From a phage, in the NCBI GenBank assembly GCA_018175075.1, contig GCA_018175075.1_4100.2: 64,000 bases of DNA; one strand, given 5' to 3'. Position numbers and translations under genes: made by a program. The notes beneath the pieces are model-generated. The model had not been told where the DNA came from, searched no databases, and worked only from the letters and a program-made list of their open reading frames with translations. Of the stretch, positions 55,983-64,000 are shown piece by piece; the stretch's first letter is position 1, and each line of letters begins with the position of its first letter.

Positions 55983-56411
55983 ATGAGTAACACAACGAAA
56001 ATATCCGATAAATCCGAATTAACACAAATGTTATTCAAAGAATATTTTGAGTTTCAGATAAAAGACGAACAACAATTACCACAGCAATATTTGAAAAGAA
56101 TTAAAGATCCGTCAGTAATTACTAAAGAAACTAATTTTTATAATAGTATTTTGGATTTCGTTAAATCAGTTCATACAACAAGACCTATTGTAGTTTTGTT
56201 TTTTGATAAATCTATTCCTTTAGTAGTTCCTGAAAATGTATTTTTTATTTCAGAAACTGATTTAAATAATCAAAGTACTGTAAGTAGATTAAGAAATTGC
56301 TTACTTGTAGTATGTGATTCTTCTTTGTATAATAACAGAATACTATGGGATAGAAGTAAACGCAATGCAGTTTCGGAAATGAATCCTGAAATTACCTTTA
56401 TTATTAACTAA
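55983..56411 (+). CDS. hypothetical protein
   Basis: ORF. Confidence 0.5.
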   Translation: MSNTTKISDKSELTQMLFKEYFEFQIKDEQQLPQQYLKRIKDPSVITKETNFYNSILDFVKSVHTTRPIVVLFFDKSIPLVVPENVFFISETDLNNQSTVSRLRNCLLVVCDSSLYNNRILWDRSKRNAVSEMNPEITFIIN

Positions 56412-56443
56412 ATAATAAGAGAATAACTCTAAGGAGAGATATT

Positions 56444-56884
56444 ATGGAAGATATTAATGATTTACGACACGTAATGGACTTTATCGGAAGTACTGAAGAA
56501 GATAATTCATATGATGAAGTACTATTAACTTTTATTGAAAATAGTTTGTTTTTAAGTTCTGCTGCACATAACTGGCACTTACAATGTCATTTTTATACAA
56601 AGCATTTACAATTAGATGAACTATATAAAGAATTACCAGAATATGTAGACGCATTTGTTGAAGGTATCATGAATAATCGTGGTGCTTTGCAAGTTGGGAC
56701 TGGTAATAGTTATCGTTTTACACCAATTGAAGATTGTGTACCAATTCTTGAAGAATATGTTGAGCAATGCAGAGCAATTCATGATATGCTTGAAGAATCG
56801 GGTGATTACGGCAGTGTAAACACATTAGAAGATATTATGAGTTTTGTTGAAGGAACACTTTACAAACTTAAAGTTTTACAATAA
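56444..56884 (+). CDS. acidic hypothetical protein
   Basis: RBS AAGGAG. Confidence 0.5.
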   Translation: MEDINDLRHVMDFIGSTEEDNSYDEVLLTFIENSLFLSSAAHNWHLQCHFYTKHLQLDELYKELPEYVDAFVEGIMNNRGALQVGTGNSYRFTPIEDCVPILEEYVEQCRAIHDMLEESGDYGSVNTLEDIMSFVEGTLYKLKVLQ

Positions 56885-56889
56885 ACTAT

Positions 56890-56920
56890 ATGGAGAGTCG
56901 CTATGACTCTCCTTTTCTTT
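56890..56920 (+). terminator. intrinsic terminator
   Basis: Hairpin GGAGAGTC...GACTCTCC plus T-rich tail. Confidence 0.6.
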
Positions 56921-56932
56921 TGGAGAAATAAT

Positions 56933-57550
56933 ATGAAATCGCATGAGTTAGCAAAATTACTACTATCTCAACCAAATCTAGAAATTTATCATTATGATGC
57001 AGAGAGTGACTTGCATTATCAGAATTTTGATAATAGATTAATGGTTACACCATCTGGTATTTTCACAACGGTAAAACCTACATCAGTTTCTGAAAATGTA
57101 CTTACACCATACGAAACCCCCCTCTTGGGTCATGTGCAAATTTTCTTTAAGGATGGTACTATTACTCCAAAATTGGAGGGTTCACATATTCAAACTGTTC
57201 TTAGCTTAGAATATGGGTTGGTATTTAACATTCCTTATGAAAAGCCAATTGTTTTATTAGGTAAAAATAAATCAACACAATTCTCTAATCAACATGCTGT
57301 TTGTTATACATCTGATGATATTGATTTCATTTCAGTACTGACAGAATATGATCCTAATACTTGGAATGAAACATGGGAAAATATGTCATATGATGAAGCA
57401 ATTGAATGTGGTAAAAATTTAGCCAAAATGTTATTTCCACAAAAAGAAGAACTTTCACAAGAACAAAATGAATCATTTTCTAAAGATTTTCCTGATTCTG
57501 AATTCAATGTAAAAGTATCACCTTCTATGATTGATAAAATTGAAAAATAA
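56933..57550 (+). CDS. hypothetical protein (paralog of 58286..58870)
   Basis: Start at ATG 56933; N-terminus MKSHELAKLLLSQPNLEIYHYD parallels MKAKDLAALLLQNPEMEVYHEH. Confidence 0.5.
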   Translation: MKSHELAKLLLSQPNLEIYHYDAESDLHYQNFDNRLMVTPSGIFTTVKPTSVSENVLTPYETPLLGHVQIFFKDGTITPKLEGSHIQTVLSLEYGLVFNIPYEKPIVLLGKNKSTQFSNQHAVCYTSDDIDFISVLTEYDPNTWNETWENMSYDEAIECGKNLAKMLFPQKEELSQEQNESFSKDFPDSEFNVKVSPSMIDKIEK

Positions 57551-57562
57551 AAGAGGTTGAAC

Positions 57563-57916
57563 ATGAGTGATTACCGCGTAACATCTGGACTAATGGCACG
57601 TCTTATTGAAGCAGTTCCTGAAGATGATTATGAAGCTATTTCAGATCGTCTTTTTGACGCAGATTCTAAACTCCATATTACATATGATGGTGCATTGATT
57701 TACAGTACTGATATTGATATGTCTAGTTATGAATTTGAGATTTCTTTTGGTAACAAACTAACTACTGAAGAATTCGCTCGAAAATGTGAGCGTGAAGGAT
57801 TCTGTATTGATATTAGTTCAGTTCAGCCATATACATCACTGTGGTATGATGGTGCTGATAGTCCAATGTCTACTACATCTTTACAGGATTTTCTAAATGC
57901 AAATCAAAAAGATTAA
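57563..57916 (+). CDS. hypothetical protein
   Basis: RBS AAGAGG; ATG 57563. Confidence 0.5.
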   Translation: MSDYRVTSGLMARLIEAVPEDDYEAISDRLFDADSKLHITYDGALIYSTDIDMSSYEFEISFGNKLTTEEFARKCEREGFCIDISSVQPYTSLWYDGADSPMSTTSLQDFLNANQKD

Positions 57917-58289
57917 ATTCCACCAGCATTGTTCTATACATGAATGTGATGATTGTGGTATACAAATGAGTGACATTTATACAGTTTCCTGTAAAGGTTT
58001 CAAATTCACTCACGGTGAACCTGCTTATTGTTATGGTACAGAAGAAGGTGATATCGAAGTAGTACTGAAAGAATTGTTCCAGTACTTGCAAAGTGTAGGC
58101 CATGATGTTACAATACCCACATATTATGAAGATGATTATGATGCACATGTAGAAGAAAATACATATTATAATCAATTCGTTTATGGTAATGGTTTTATCA
58201 CATATCTACATGAGAATGGTATTGAGGTAAAAACTAAGTACACCAGTGATGATTATGATGATGATAATTCTATGGAGATTGAAGATTGA
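57897..58289 (+). CDS. hypothetical acidic protein
   Basis: ORF. Confidence 0.45.
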   Translation: MQIKKIKFHQHCSIHECDDCGIQMSDIYTVSCKGFKFTHGEPAYCYGTEEGDIEVVLKELFQYLQSVGHDVTIPTYYEDDYDAHVEENTYYNQFVYGNGFITYLHENGIEVKTKYTSDDYDDDNSMEIED

Positions 58290-58870
58290 AAGCAAAAGAC
58301 TTAGCAGCACTGTTGTTACAGAATCCTGAAATGGAAGTGTATCATGAGCACATGCACATTGATGACATGTGTGACGCTTACTATTCACCAGAAAATGTGT
58401 CTGGTATTGAAATTACCCCTAGTGGCGTATTCATCAGTACTGAACGTATTGATTATAATTCCCAGCAAGAAATCAAAACTCCACATAATAAACCTCGCAT
58501 TGGTGCTATTGACCTAGTATTTCATCAGGACCGTTTGGTAGAATATGATGAAGAAGATGGTACTACCCGAACTGATGTTGAGAATGTAGTTTTTCGTTTT
58601 TATAATGCATACGAAGACCCAACTACTGGAGAAGATTTCTTCCGTGAGCTATTAGAGGATGGAGAAGTTTATGGTCAGGATGGTACGGTTTTTGTACTGG
58701 ACCCTAACTATGAGCCAGATCACAATACATGGCAATTCTATACACCAGAAGATGTAATGGAAGTTAAAGTACTTACTGATCTTGACGATAAATGGAATCC
58801 TATGTATACTTCAATGACATATGAAGAAGCCAAAGAATACTTCGTTTCTAAACTAAACATTACAAAATAA
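58286..58870 (+). CDS. hypothetical protein (paralog of 56933..57550)
   Basis: Probable TTG start; shared N-terminal motif. Confidence 0.5.
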   Translation: MKAKDLAALLLQNPEMEVYHEHMHIDDMCDAYYSPENVSGIEITPSGVFISTERIDYNSQQEIKTPHNKPRIGAIDLVFHQDRLVEYDEEDGTTRTDVENVVFRFYNAYEDPTTGEDFFRELLEDGEVYGQDGTVFVLDPNYEPDHNTWQFYTPEDVMEVKVLTDLDDKWNPMYTSMTYEEAKEYFVSKLNITK

Positions 58871-58887
58871 TAAGGATTCACAAATTT

Positions 58888-59169
58888 ATGAAAATTGTTG
58901 CAAGTGCATGGATGAAACTACCAGATGGTACAACTGCTTTTGAAGAATATGGCTTTGTTGAAAGTGTCGATGAATTAAAGCGTTTCAAGAGTGAAAATGA
59001 TGATGATGTTTTTGATATTGTATTTGTATATCATCATATTCCTAATGATACTGATTATGAACATTATTATTATCATCCTGATTTGTTGGAAACACTTGTA
59101 TGCGACAACTATCATGAAATTGATGAAAATACAGCTTTACTAATGTTGAGTACCGTATCTCCGGTATAA
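58888..59169 (+). CDS. hypothetical protein
   Basis: ORF. Confidence 0.5.
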   Translation: MKIVASAWMKLPDGTTAFEEYGFVESVDELKRFKSENDDDVFDIVFVYHHIPNDTDYEHYYYHPDLLETLVCDNYHEIDENTALLMLSTVSPV

Positions 59170-59177
59170 GGAGTTAT

Positions 59178-59657
59178 ATGTATAACCTTACAATTATCCG
59201 CGAACCAAATGATTATGAAGGTAATACAATCTATGGTGAAGTTTTGGTATTTCAAAGTACTGAACAAAGTGGTATTGAACATAAATTAAAAGATTATTTA
59301 CGTGATCATTTATATCTGTACCGTACTGATGCAAATTGTAATTATGGTGATATAATGTTTATTGTAACGCACAATGGTGCGGTAATTGAACATGTGAATA
59401 TGACAAATGTAATGGATTTTTATAATTACACTGATACTTCTTTTCCATTGGATAACTATTTCAGTACTGTTTTTGATACGTTACGTAAGAACGTTGCTAA
59501 AAATGATAGATTCTGTACTAATTTTAGATTATTAGAAACAAATACAAGAAAGAATCTTTCTAAGAAGTATGATGAAGAACATAAGAAAAATCAGGAAATT
59601 CAACGTTTACATGAGTTAATGAAGAAATATCCCAACGAGGTCAAATATGGCTCTTAG
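59178..59657 (+). CDS. hypothetical protein
   Basis: RBS AAGGAG. Confidence 0.5.
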   Translation: MYNLTIIREPNDYEGNTIYGEVLVFQSTEQSGIEHKLKDYLRDHLYLYRTDANCNYGDIMFIVTHNGAVIEHVNMTNVMDFYNYTDTSFPLDNYFSTVFDTLRKNVAKNDRFCTNFRLLETNTRKNLSKKYDEEHKKNQEIQRLHELMKKYPNEVKYGS

Positions 59658-59985
59658 AGGACAAACTCAATATAAGTGTATTGAAGAAATCAGAAAGAAA
59701 GATGGAACACTTTTTGACAGGAAATTAAAACAAGAATATAAAGACCTAAGAGATGTTATCCGAAATGAAAGTTTCGGTGGGAAGCGTAGGCAGAAGATTT
59801 ATGAATTTCTGAAGAATGGTGTAGAAATTCAAGTCAATGGTCTTCATTGTGTACAAACCAAAAACGATCCAGATATTTTACGTCTTTTAAAAGAGGGTAA
59901 AATAGAAATGTTCAATATCCCAATTTCATCCTATGGTAATAGATTAAAATGTAAGCACACGTACTTAAGGATTAAAAATGGGTAA
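59647..59985 (+). CDS. basic hypothetical protein
   Basis: ORF. Confidence 0.45.
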   Translation: MALRGQTQYKCIEEIRKKDGTLFDRKLKQEYKDLRDVIRNESFGGKRRQKIYEFLKNGVEIQVNGLHCVQTKNDPDILRLLKEGKIEMFNIPISSYGNRLKCKHTYLRIKNG

Positions 59986-60562
59986 ATTAGTATATTACTA
60001 TGGTAGTATGTCTAGTGGTAAAAGTACTCATCTTTTACAAAAAGCATATAACCATAAGAAAAATGGAATGAAGGTAATTTACTTAACCAGTGCACTTGAT
60101 GATCGTTATGGAACAGGAAAGATTACTTCAAGAATTGGCATCGAAGCTGTGGCTGAAGTAATTCCAAAAAATGACATTAGTGTTCTTCTTAAAGTTAAAG
60201 AAACACTCAAAAATGACGTTGACATTAACAGTATCTATATTGATGAATGTCAATTTTTAAACAGAGAACAAATTGACCATTTAGCTGATATAGCAGATAA
60301 TTATGGTGTTGATGTTTCCTGTTATGGAATCCGAACAGATTTTGAATCCAATCTATTTGAAGGTTCACAAAGACTGTTCGAAATAGCTGATGACATACAT
60401 GAACTTAAGAACGTGTGTGAGAATCAGAAGTGTGGCAAAGAAGCCACTATGAATGCCCGTATAGTTGAAAGTACTGATAAAGTCTTTATTGGTGGTGATG
60501 AATCATACAAGAGTCTATGCAGAACTTGCTATATGGATTATATGAGGAATAAAAATGGTTGA
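59978..60562 (+). CDS. tk: thymidine kinase
   Basis: P-loop GSMSSGKST; C-terminal CENQKC...CRTCY zinc motif typical of type II thymidine kinases. Confidence 0.85.
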   Translation: MGKLVYYYGSMSSGKSTHLLQKAYNHKKNGMKVIYLTSALDDRYGTGKITSRIGIEAVAEVIPKNDISVLLKVKETLKNDVDINSIYIDECQFLNREQIDHLADIADNYGVDVSCYGIRTDFESNLFEGSQRLFEIADDIHELKNVCENQKCGKEATMNARIVESTDKVFIGGDESYKSLCRTCYMDYMRNKNG

Positions 60563-60779
60563 TTCATTTATGAAACGCGTTTTGAATGATGTACTATCTG
60601 GATTTAAAAAAGCAACTAGTCTTATTTTTAGTTCAGTAGTGATGGTTATTACCGTAATGGCATTTGCACTTGTACTGCATTTTGTACCATTCTGGTTAGT
60701 ATTCATTGTACTCATTGTTCTTCTAGGTACGCATGTTTATTATGTTTACCGTGAAGCTTTGGATGATGATAACGTTTAA
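60555..60779 (+). CDS. small membrane protein
   Basis: Two hydrophobic segments; followed by T-run hairpin. Confidence 0.45.
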   Translation: MVDSFMKRVLNDVLSGFKKATSLIFSSVVMVITVMAFALVLHFVPFWLVFIVLIVLLGTHVYYVYREALDDDNV

Positions 60780-60785
60780 AAGTGT

Positions 60786-60812
60786 TTGGCCTCACTATGT
60801 GGGGTCTTTTTT
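60786..60812 (+). terminator. possible terminator
   Basis: Weak hairpin then TCTTTTTT. Confidence 0.35.
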
Positions 60813-60823
60813 AAGGTATCTAT

Positions 60824-61267
60824 ATGCATAACGAAACTGAAGTCTTCAAACGTTTCATTGATATTTGTTTACACACGAATTTGGTATATTTGGGTCCAGG
60901 AGCAAACTTCAGAACTTTATCTTCAATTTTAGGATACACTGAACCATCATGCTTATATTGCGATGGGAACATGATCCATCTCACTGACGGTGATTTTAAT
61001 GTTCAGTACATTTCACAATGTGATATGTATGTGTTTAATACACCAGAATATAATATTATTATTGAAGAACGTACTAAAGATAATTACCCAACCCAATATG
61101 TAAGTTGGGATAGAACAGATTGCGTATATGCCACTGGTCCAGTACAGAAACCTATGAACTATCCTACTATTCATTTGAATGTTATCCATGATGAATTGAA
61201 AGATTACTGTAACAGTATTTCAGATTCGGAAACAAAATACTTTCCTATTATATTTTTTAAGGTTTGA
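60824..61267 (+). CDS. hypothetical protein
   Basis: ORF. Confidence 0.5.
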   Translation: MHNETEVFKRFIDICLHTNLVYLGPGANFRTLSSILGYTEPSCLYCDGNMIHLTDGDFNVQYISQCDMYVFNTPEYNIIIEERTKDNYPTQYVSWDRTDCVYATGPVQKPMNYPTIHLNVIHDELKDYCNSISDSETKYFPIIFFKV

Positions 61268-61659
61268 TTATGAGATGGCGTAAACGACATGTAACAAGAT
61301 TTGATAAAATAATCAAAAAGTATTTCTCGCATAAGTTAGATCCAATCATACTTCAACTAAGAAGTAGTATGTTTGATAGACGTTTCCCACAGTGTTTAGA
61401 ATCGTACAGTCGTAAACGTTACAAGAATGAATACCTGGTATATCGTTATGATTTATCAGAATTCTTTTTGAATACTCGTGTATCTGTACCCATCAGACTG
61501 TACTCAAGGGTAAAACGAAGTAGGGTTCAAGATATTACATATGGATATCTTATGATTGAAATCGACGACCTCAATGAAAAAACTGGCAGAAATTACAGTA
61601 CTTTATGTCTGGAAAACCATGATTCAATAAAAAGAATCATAGAAGAGTTGGGAAAGTGA
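61264..61659 (+). CDS. hypothetical protein
   Basis: ORF. Confidence 0.5.
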   Translation: MIMRWRKRHVTRFDKIIKKYFSHKLDPIILQLRSSMFDRRFPQCLESYSRKRYKNEYLVYRYDLSEFFLNTRVSVPIRLYSRVKRSRVQDITYGYLMIEIDDLNEKTGRNYSTLCLENHDSIKRIIEELGK

Positions 61660-61688
61660 GATTTTTAGTGCTATAATTGGAGATGAGT

Positions 61689-62033
61689 ATGAAATACATC
61701 GATAAAGGTACAGTGGAGACACAGTACTGGAATATCCATATTGCTGGTGATATTCAAACAGCAAGAGAATACACAAGAAAATTTGCGTTTAAGCATGGCT
61801 TTTGTGTACAATTAATTCCCTGTGAATATATCTACACTGGTGGTCTTGAAAGTGGGATGTGTGCTCGTATTATTCAGTACCCACGCTTTCCAAAAGAAGA
61901 AGTATATCTCAACCGAGATGTATTAAACTATGCAAAGGGTTTAGCTGAAGAGTTGTGTCAAAAGAGCTTTACTATAGAGCGAAATAATGATACAATTTAT
62001 TATGAAAGTGATGAACCTTTACACAAGAAATAA
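61689..62033 (+). CDS. hypothetical protein
   Basis: ORF; start at ATG 61689 after GGAG. Confidence 0.45.
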   Translation: MKYIDKGTVETQYWNIHIAGDIQTAREYTRKFAFKHGFCVQLIPCEYIYTGGLESGMCARIIQYPRFPKEEVYLNRDVLNYAKGLAEELCQKSFTIERNNDTIYYESDEPLHKK

Positions 62034-62044
62034 AAGGAAAATAT

Positions 62045-62176
62045 ATGAATGGACTAAAGAAATTTGGTAAAGATTTTCTAAAATGCATACGCTACACATA
62101 TGATGCAAATCCAGAAATGACTGCCATTGTGGGTGTGTTTATTACACTCGTTGTATTAAGCTTTATTGTGGTGTAA
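62045..62176 (+). CDS. small membrane peptide (43 aa)
   Basis: ORF below track threshold; AAGGA RBS; hydrophobic C-terminus. Confidence 0.35.
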   Translation: MNGLKKFGKDFLKCIRYTYDANPEMTAIVGVFITLVVLSFIVV

Positions 62177-62179
62177 AAT

Positions 62180-62383
62180 ATGATTGAAATTAATGCTGAT
62201 ATATATTGTAGTGCATCACCCAATTACTTCATTTATGCACTAAGTACATTTGGTGAAACTGAAGGTGAAACTTTTGTTTTAGTAGAGAATACTACATGGT
62301 TCAAAACAAGTAATAAAATTCCGAAAGATGTTTTGGAAACATATGTTCGTATTGAAAATAAAAACATATATGTAATTTTATAG
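62180..62383 (+). CDS. small hypothetical protein
   Basis: ORF. Confidence 0.4.
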   Translation: MIEINADIYCSASPNYFIYALSTFGETEGETFVLVENTTWFKTSNKIPKDVLETYVRIENKNIYVIL

Positions 62384-62390
62384 GTAACAT

Positions 62391-62801
62391 ATGATTGAAA
62401 TGGAAGGAACTCTGGTGTATGATCCAGATCGTGGCACTATGAAAAAGAAGAAGGACTTCTGGTTAGTACTACAACTTCCATTACAGTTGGTTCGATACTA
62501 CCAGTACTTCATCAGAACTGACTTACATATTGATATTAAAGACCCACAATGGGGAGCACATGTCAGTATCGTTCGTGGTGAAGTGCCACCAAATCCAGAG
62601 TACTGGAAAAAGTACGATGGAATGAAAGTAAAGATAAAGTTCAATCCTTGTATTGAGATAGTAAAAGATAAAAAGAATCCAGGTTCATTCTTTATCATTG
62701 AATTTGAAGATGATTTCATCACACATATTAGAAATGAACTAGGACTACCAACCAAGTACTTTAAATATCACATCACTGTAGGTAGAACTTACTACGATTA
62801 A
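62391..62801 (+). CDS. 2H-phosphoesterase-like protein (LigT-like)
   Basis: Two H-x-S/T-x motifs (AHVSIV and YHITVG) about 90 aa apart. Confidence 0.45.
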   Translation: MIEMEGTLVYDPDRGTMKKKKDFWLVLQLPLQLVRYYQYFIRTDLHIDIKDPQWGAHVSIVRGEVPPNPEYWKKYDGMKVKIKFNPCIEIVKDKKNPGSFFIIEFEDDFITHIRNELGLPTKYFKYHITVGRTYYD

Positions 62802-62825
62802 TGTGGTTTTTACAGTAAATATGTC

Positions 62826-62853
62826 TTGTAATAAAATAAAAATATGCTATACT
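62826..62853 (+). promoter_or_regulatory. candidate promoter (TTGTAA -16- TATACT)
   Basis: Spacing and hexamers approximate the sigma70 consensus. Confidence 0.35.
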
Positions 62854-62969
62854 ACTTAAACATTTGAAAAGAACGTTTTTGTACTGTAGAAAGTCCGATG
62901 AGGCTTTTGCAAATGGCCTCTTTGCCATCTTTGTGATTGCCCATCTTAACAATCAACAAAGGAGGCGTT

Positions 62970-63896
62970 TTGAAACAAGCGAAAAAAGCACTGAAAACTA
63001 AGACTACTTATGGTGTTCTAGTTTGCACAGTACTTGTCGCTGCGATTGGATTTTATGGTTTTTCTCAAAATGATCGTGTATCATCATCGGACGAAAGTCA
63101 GGTACACAATTTAAAACCACAAGTTACGCAAATTCAAAAGCAGGAATTACCAAAGGTAGAAATATCAAAGGATGTTCCACGCGGCGAGAAGCATTATACG
63201 GTTCAACCTGGTGATAGTTATTATTCTATTGCTAAAAAGTTTAAACCTAAAAATGTACAACTTGAAGAGTATGTTATTTTGTTGAAAAATATCAATTTAA
63301 ATGCTACTCTTCATACTTCTCAGGGTATCTTTATCCCAACAAAAGAGGATTTGAAGAACGTATTGTTACCAGATGTGACTGTACTGTTTGATTATAATGA
63401 TCCAGAAATTGTCAATCACATCAAAGAAGCTGAAGGTTCAATTGAATTTCAGTCCAAGAACAAACGCCGTTTACTTGGTGGGAAAGTCGGAGTTCCTTTC
63501 CACAATTCTAAATTTCATCCCTACAAGGACATGAAAGGTAATTATACAATAGGTTATGGGCATTATTTGGGTAGAAAAGAATCTGATGCGATTAAGTACA
63601 GAAACGGTATTACCAAAGCTCAAGCCAATAAACTTTTAATGCAAGATATGAAAAGAACATATAATGACTTTTTATTATTGATGCAGAAAAAAGAAGCAGT
63701 AAATCTGACCAAAGAACAACAACGTATTCTTTATGAAATGTCCTATACAATGGGTGTTGATAAATTAGCAACGTTTAATAAACTTTGGAAAAGTGTGAAA
63801 AATGATAACCCTAAGAAATTTAAAAAAGAAATTATGAATTCCTTATGGTATCGTCAAGTTACAAACCGAGCAGATTTGTTGTTAAGTTCACTCTAA
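62970..63896 (+). CDS. membrane-anchored LysM-domain lysozyme (T4 lysozyme-like C-terminal domain)
   Basis: Probable TTG start after AAAGGAGG; N-terminal TM segment; LysM-like YTVQPGDSYYSIAKKF; C-terminal YKD.KGNYTIGYGH...WYRQVTNRA resembles T4 lysozyme. Confidence 0.6.
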   Translation: MKQAKKALKTKTTYGVLVCTVLVAAIGFYGFSQNDRVSSSDESQVHNLKPQVTQIQKQELPKVEISKDVPRGEKHYTVQPGDSYYSIAKKFKPKNVQLEEYVILLKNINLNATLHTSQGIFIPTKEDLKNVLLPDVTVLFDYNDPEIVNHIKEAEGSIEFQSKNKRRLLGGKVGVPFHNSKFHPYKDMKGNYTIGYGHYLGRKESDAIKYRNGITKAQANKLLMQDMKRTYNDFLLLMQKKEAVNLTKEQQRILYEMSYTMGVDKLATFNKLWKSVKNDNPKKFKKEIMNSLWYRQVTNRADLLLSSL

Positions 63897-63912
63897 AAAA
63901 GGAAGGTGAAGT

Positions 63913-64000
63913 ATGCTAAATCTAAATATTCAAGGCAACGTTGATATCACTCCAGCAATCCAAGATGCTATTTACAATGAAGCAAAAAGTCTGGATAAGT
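63913..64000 (+). CDS. 5' end of a downstream gene (partial, hypothetical)
   Basis: RBS AAAAGGAAGG then ATG; runs off the window. Confidence 0.35.
   Translation, partial: MLNLNIQGNVDITPAIQDAIYNEAKSLDK

Noticed and set aside
1-64000. Prophage or integrative element, CRISPR array, retron or toxin-antitoxin repeat array
   Set aside because: No integrase or recombinase, no regularly spaced direct repeats with spacers, no reverse transcriptase and no tandem short-repeat array were seen. Gene content and T4-like synteny indicate a lytic phage genome segment.

Overview
This window reads as a densely packed, AT-rich, almost entirely plus-strand segment of a T4-like lytic myovirus genome; I saw no integrase, tRNA or CRISPR array. 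Assignments rest on motifs I can read in the ORF translations and on recalled T4 protein sequences and gene order, with no database search run. Recognisable genes include an N6-adenine methyltransferase, RNA ligase 1 and polynucleotide kinase (the T4 tRNA-repair pair), a GIY-YIG and an HNH homing endonuclease, DNA ligase, ClpP, dCMP deaminase, PIN-PhoH, anaerobic ribonucleotide reductase NrdD/NrdG, thymidine kinase, a spanin-like pair and a LysM-lysozyme. A late-promoter-driven block encodes paralogous fibre-like giant proteins. Coordinates of starts refined from the ORF track are my own reading of RBS and start-codon context. The most unusual signals are: (1) a roughly 515-nt promoter-to-terminator locus at 55294-55843 with no credible ORF and internal repeated hairpin modules, a candidate structured ncRNA; (2) strong over-representation of the palindrome AGTACT across the window in all reading frames; (3) a lone minus-strand cassette at 25579-26084 with a translationally coupled upstream ORF that mimics the main protein's N-terminus; (4) an accessory island at 26266-31455 encoding a secreted ClpP-fold protease, an HslV-like Ntn-hydrolase, a Sir2-like protein and a Nudix hydrolase; (5) a large family of small paralogous proteins, seven of them in tandem at 2403-4548.
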